Part shown: positions 46,120 to 47,037 of the stretch, in pieces
Numbering within the stretch: the first letter of the stretch is position 1
Layout: every line of letters starts with the position of its first letter
Source of the DNA: a virus
Strand: one strand, 5' to 3'
UHGV virus genome: UHGV-0206534
Length of the DNA stretch: 47,037 nucleotides
The notes under the pieces: model-generated
What the model was told of the DNA's origin: nothing
Database searches by the model: none
What the model saw: the letters and a program-made list of their open reading frames with translations, nothing else
Program-made: the position numbers and the translations under genes

Positions 46120-47013
46120 ATGCGATACGACTGGAAGGATATAGAGCCTTTAATGGTAGGGAACTGGCAGGCTGCCATCATGTCGATAGTCAATGTCGAT
46201 ATGAGAATTTTCAATGGTAAGCATCAGCCATGCCCAAGTTGCGCTGGCAAGGACAGGTTTAGATTCGATGACCACTTAGACTACAAAGGTGACGGCGGCG
46301 CCATCTGCAACCAGTGCGGAAACGGCAGCGGAATCACCTGGTTAATGAAGCTGTCAGGAATGACGTTTCCAGAGTCAATGGAGGCACTGGCCGGATTTCT
46401 GAATATGCACCCACGCGAAAGACTTGAGGCGATTAGAAAGCAACTTCCGAAGGTCAACCATGCTTCTGACTACCTGACAGAGGCAGAAGTGACGGCCATC
46501 ATGGAAAAAGCGGGAGGCGACACCATAACCGGTAAAACTGGTGAACTGGTGGCGATACCGCTCTATATGGCTGGAACCATGACGCCATGCAATGTGGCAT
46601 TCATTGCTGACGATGAAAGTGTGTCATTTCGCGCGGGTTTCAGCCATGAGTACACTCGCGGAAGACTTACGCGCGGCGCCGTTACACCAATTGGAGATAA
46701 GACAGAATGGACATACCTGGTTGCGGATTACTTCGATGCCTGGCGAGCGCATCGGCTTACCGGTGCTCATGTCTGGTGCTGCTGGTCGCCGGAAAACATG
46801 TGGGAAGTTGTGCGCAATGTTAGCGATGAACAGCGCACTAAACTGCGTTGCATCATTAATAATAATTTCGATGAGGTATGCGCCGCCGAGGATGCAGGTC
46901 TTCCGATACTGATTACTGATGATGGTCAGGAGATTCGTTACAGCGGAGCCATCAGGAAAAGGCTGTATAAACCAGAAGAACTATTTGAAGTACTAAAAAA
47001 CAAACCCTCCTAA
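46120..47013 (+). CDS. DNA primase (zinc-binding, P4-type N-terminal domain)
   Basis: CPSCAGKDRFRF...GAICNQCG zinc-finger typical of phage/plasmid primases. 297 aa. Confidence 0.6.
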   Translation: MRYDWKDIEPLMVGNWQAAIMSIVNVDMRIFNGKHQPCPSCAGKDRFRFDDHLDYKGDGGAICNQCGNGSGITWLMKLSGMTFPESMEALAGFLNMHPRERLEAIRKQLPKVNHASDYLTEAEVTAIMEKAGGDTITGKTGELVAIPLYMAGTMTPCNVAFIADDESVSFRAGFSHEYTRGRLTRGAVTPIGDKTEWTYLVADYFDAWRAHRLTGAHVWCCWSPENMWEVVRNVSDEQRTKLRCIINNNFDEVCAAEDAGLPILITDDGQEIRYSGAIRKRLYKPEELFEVLKNKPS

Positions 47014-47027
47014 TGGAGGGTTTTTTA
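47004..47027 (+). terminator. Rho-independent terminator
   Basis: AACCCTCCTAATGGAGGGTTTTTT. Confidence 0.8.
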
Positions 47028-47037
47028 TTACTCAAGA

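Noticed and set aside
1-47037. Prophage or temperate interpretation
   Set aside because: No integrase, excisionase, CI/Cro-type immunity region or att-like flanks were seen. The gene content fits a virulent T1-like phage. ParB-like and HigA-like genes alone do not imply lysogeny.

Overview
The window looks like a nearly complete ~47 kb genome of a virulent siphovirus of Enterobacteriaceae, with T1-like (Drexlerviridae-like) gene content. This is inference from content and order; no database search was possible. From left to right: a large replication gene on the minus strand lies next to an iteron-like, inverted-repeat putative origin. A rightward operon of small early genes follows, including an Ea22-like protein and several tiny membrane peptides. 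Next are terminase small and large subunits, a short leftward gene, a rightward accessory operon (HslV-like Ntn hydrolase, HigA-like HTH), the portal and an SPP1-gp7-like head morphogenesis protein. A leftward Dam (MT-A70) methyltransferase and a lysis cassette follow (GH24 endolysin, holin-like protein, Rz with embedded Rz1), then an HNH-AP2 endonuclease. After a leftward block of hypotheticals and a rightward block of small genes including a Lar-family restriction-alleviation protein come the capsid module (scaffold/protease-like, decoration-like, major capsid). The next leftward operon carries an Ea22-like protein, a ParB-like gene interrupted by an in-frame TAA, and a truncated beta-sliding-clamp homolog. 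Head-tail joining genes follow, then three tRNAs on the minus strand (Met-like CAU, Arg UCU, Ser GCU) and a ~780 bp repeat-rich noncoding region. The lambda-like tail module is major tail protein with Ig domain, chaperone, 1025-aa tape measure, then M-, L-, K-, I/J-like proteins and a beta-helix tailspike. It is interrupted by an inverted operon encoding a superinfection-immunity membrane protein and a short cytosine-5 methyltransferase. A DUF2829/Tad2-like small protein follows the tailspike. The window ends with a leftward recombination operon (SSB, Erf, PD-(D/E)xK exonuclease), a leftward VRR-NUC plus SF2 helicase operon, and a rightward zinc-finger primase. No integrase or CI/Cro-type repressor was found. 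A conserved ~15-bp element, TTGACGTAGATTGAG (reverse complement CTCAATCTACGTCAA), recurs at nine or more operon boundaries. It supplies sigma70-like -35 (TTGACG) and -10-like (TAGATT) hexamers. About eleven rho-independent terminators delimit the operons.
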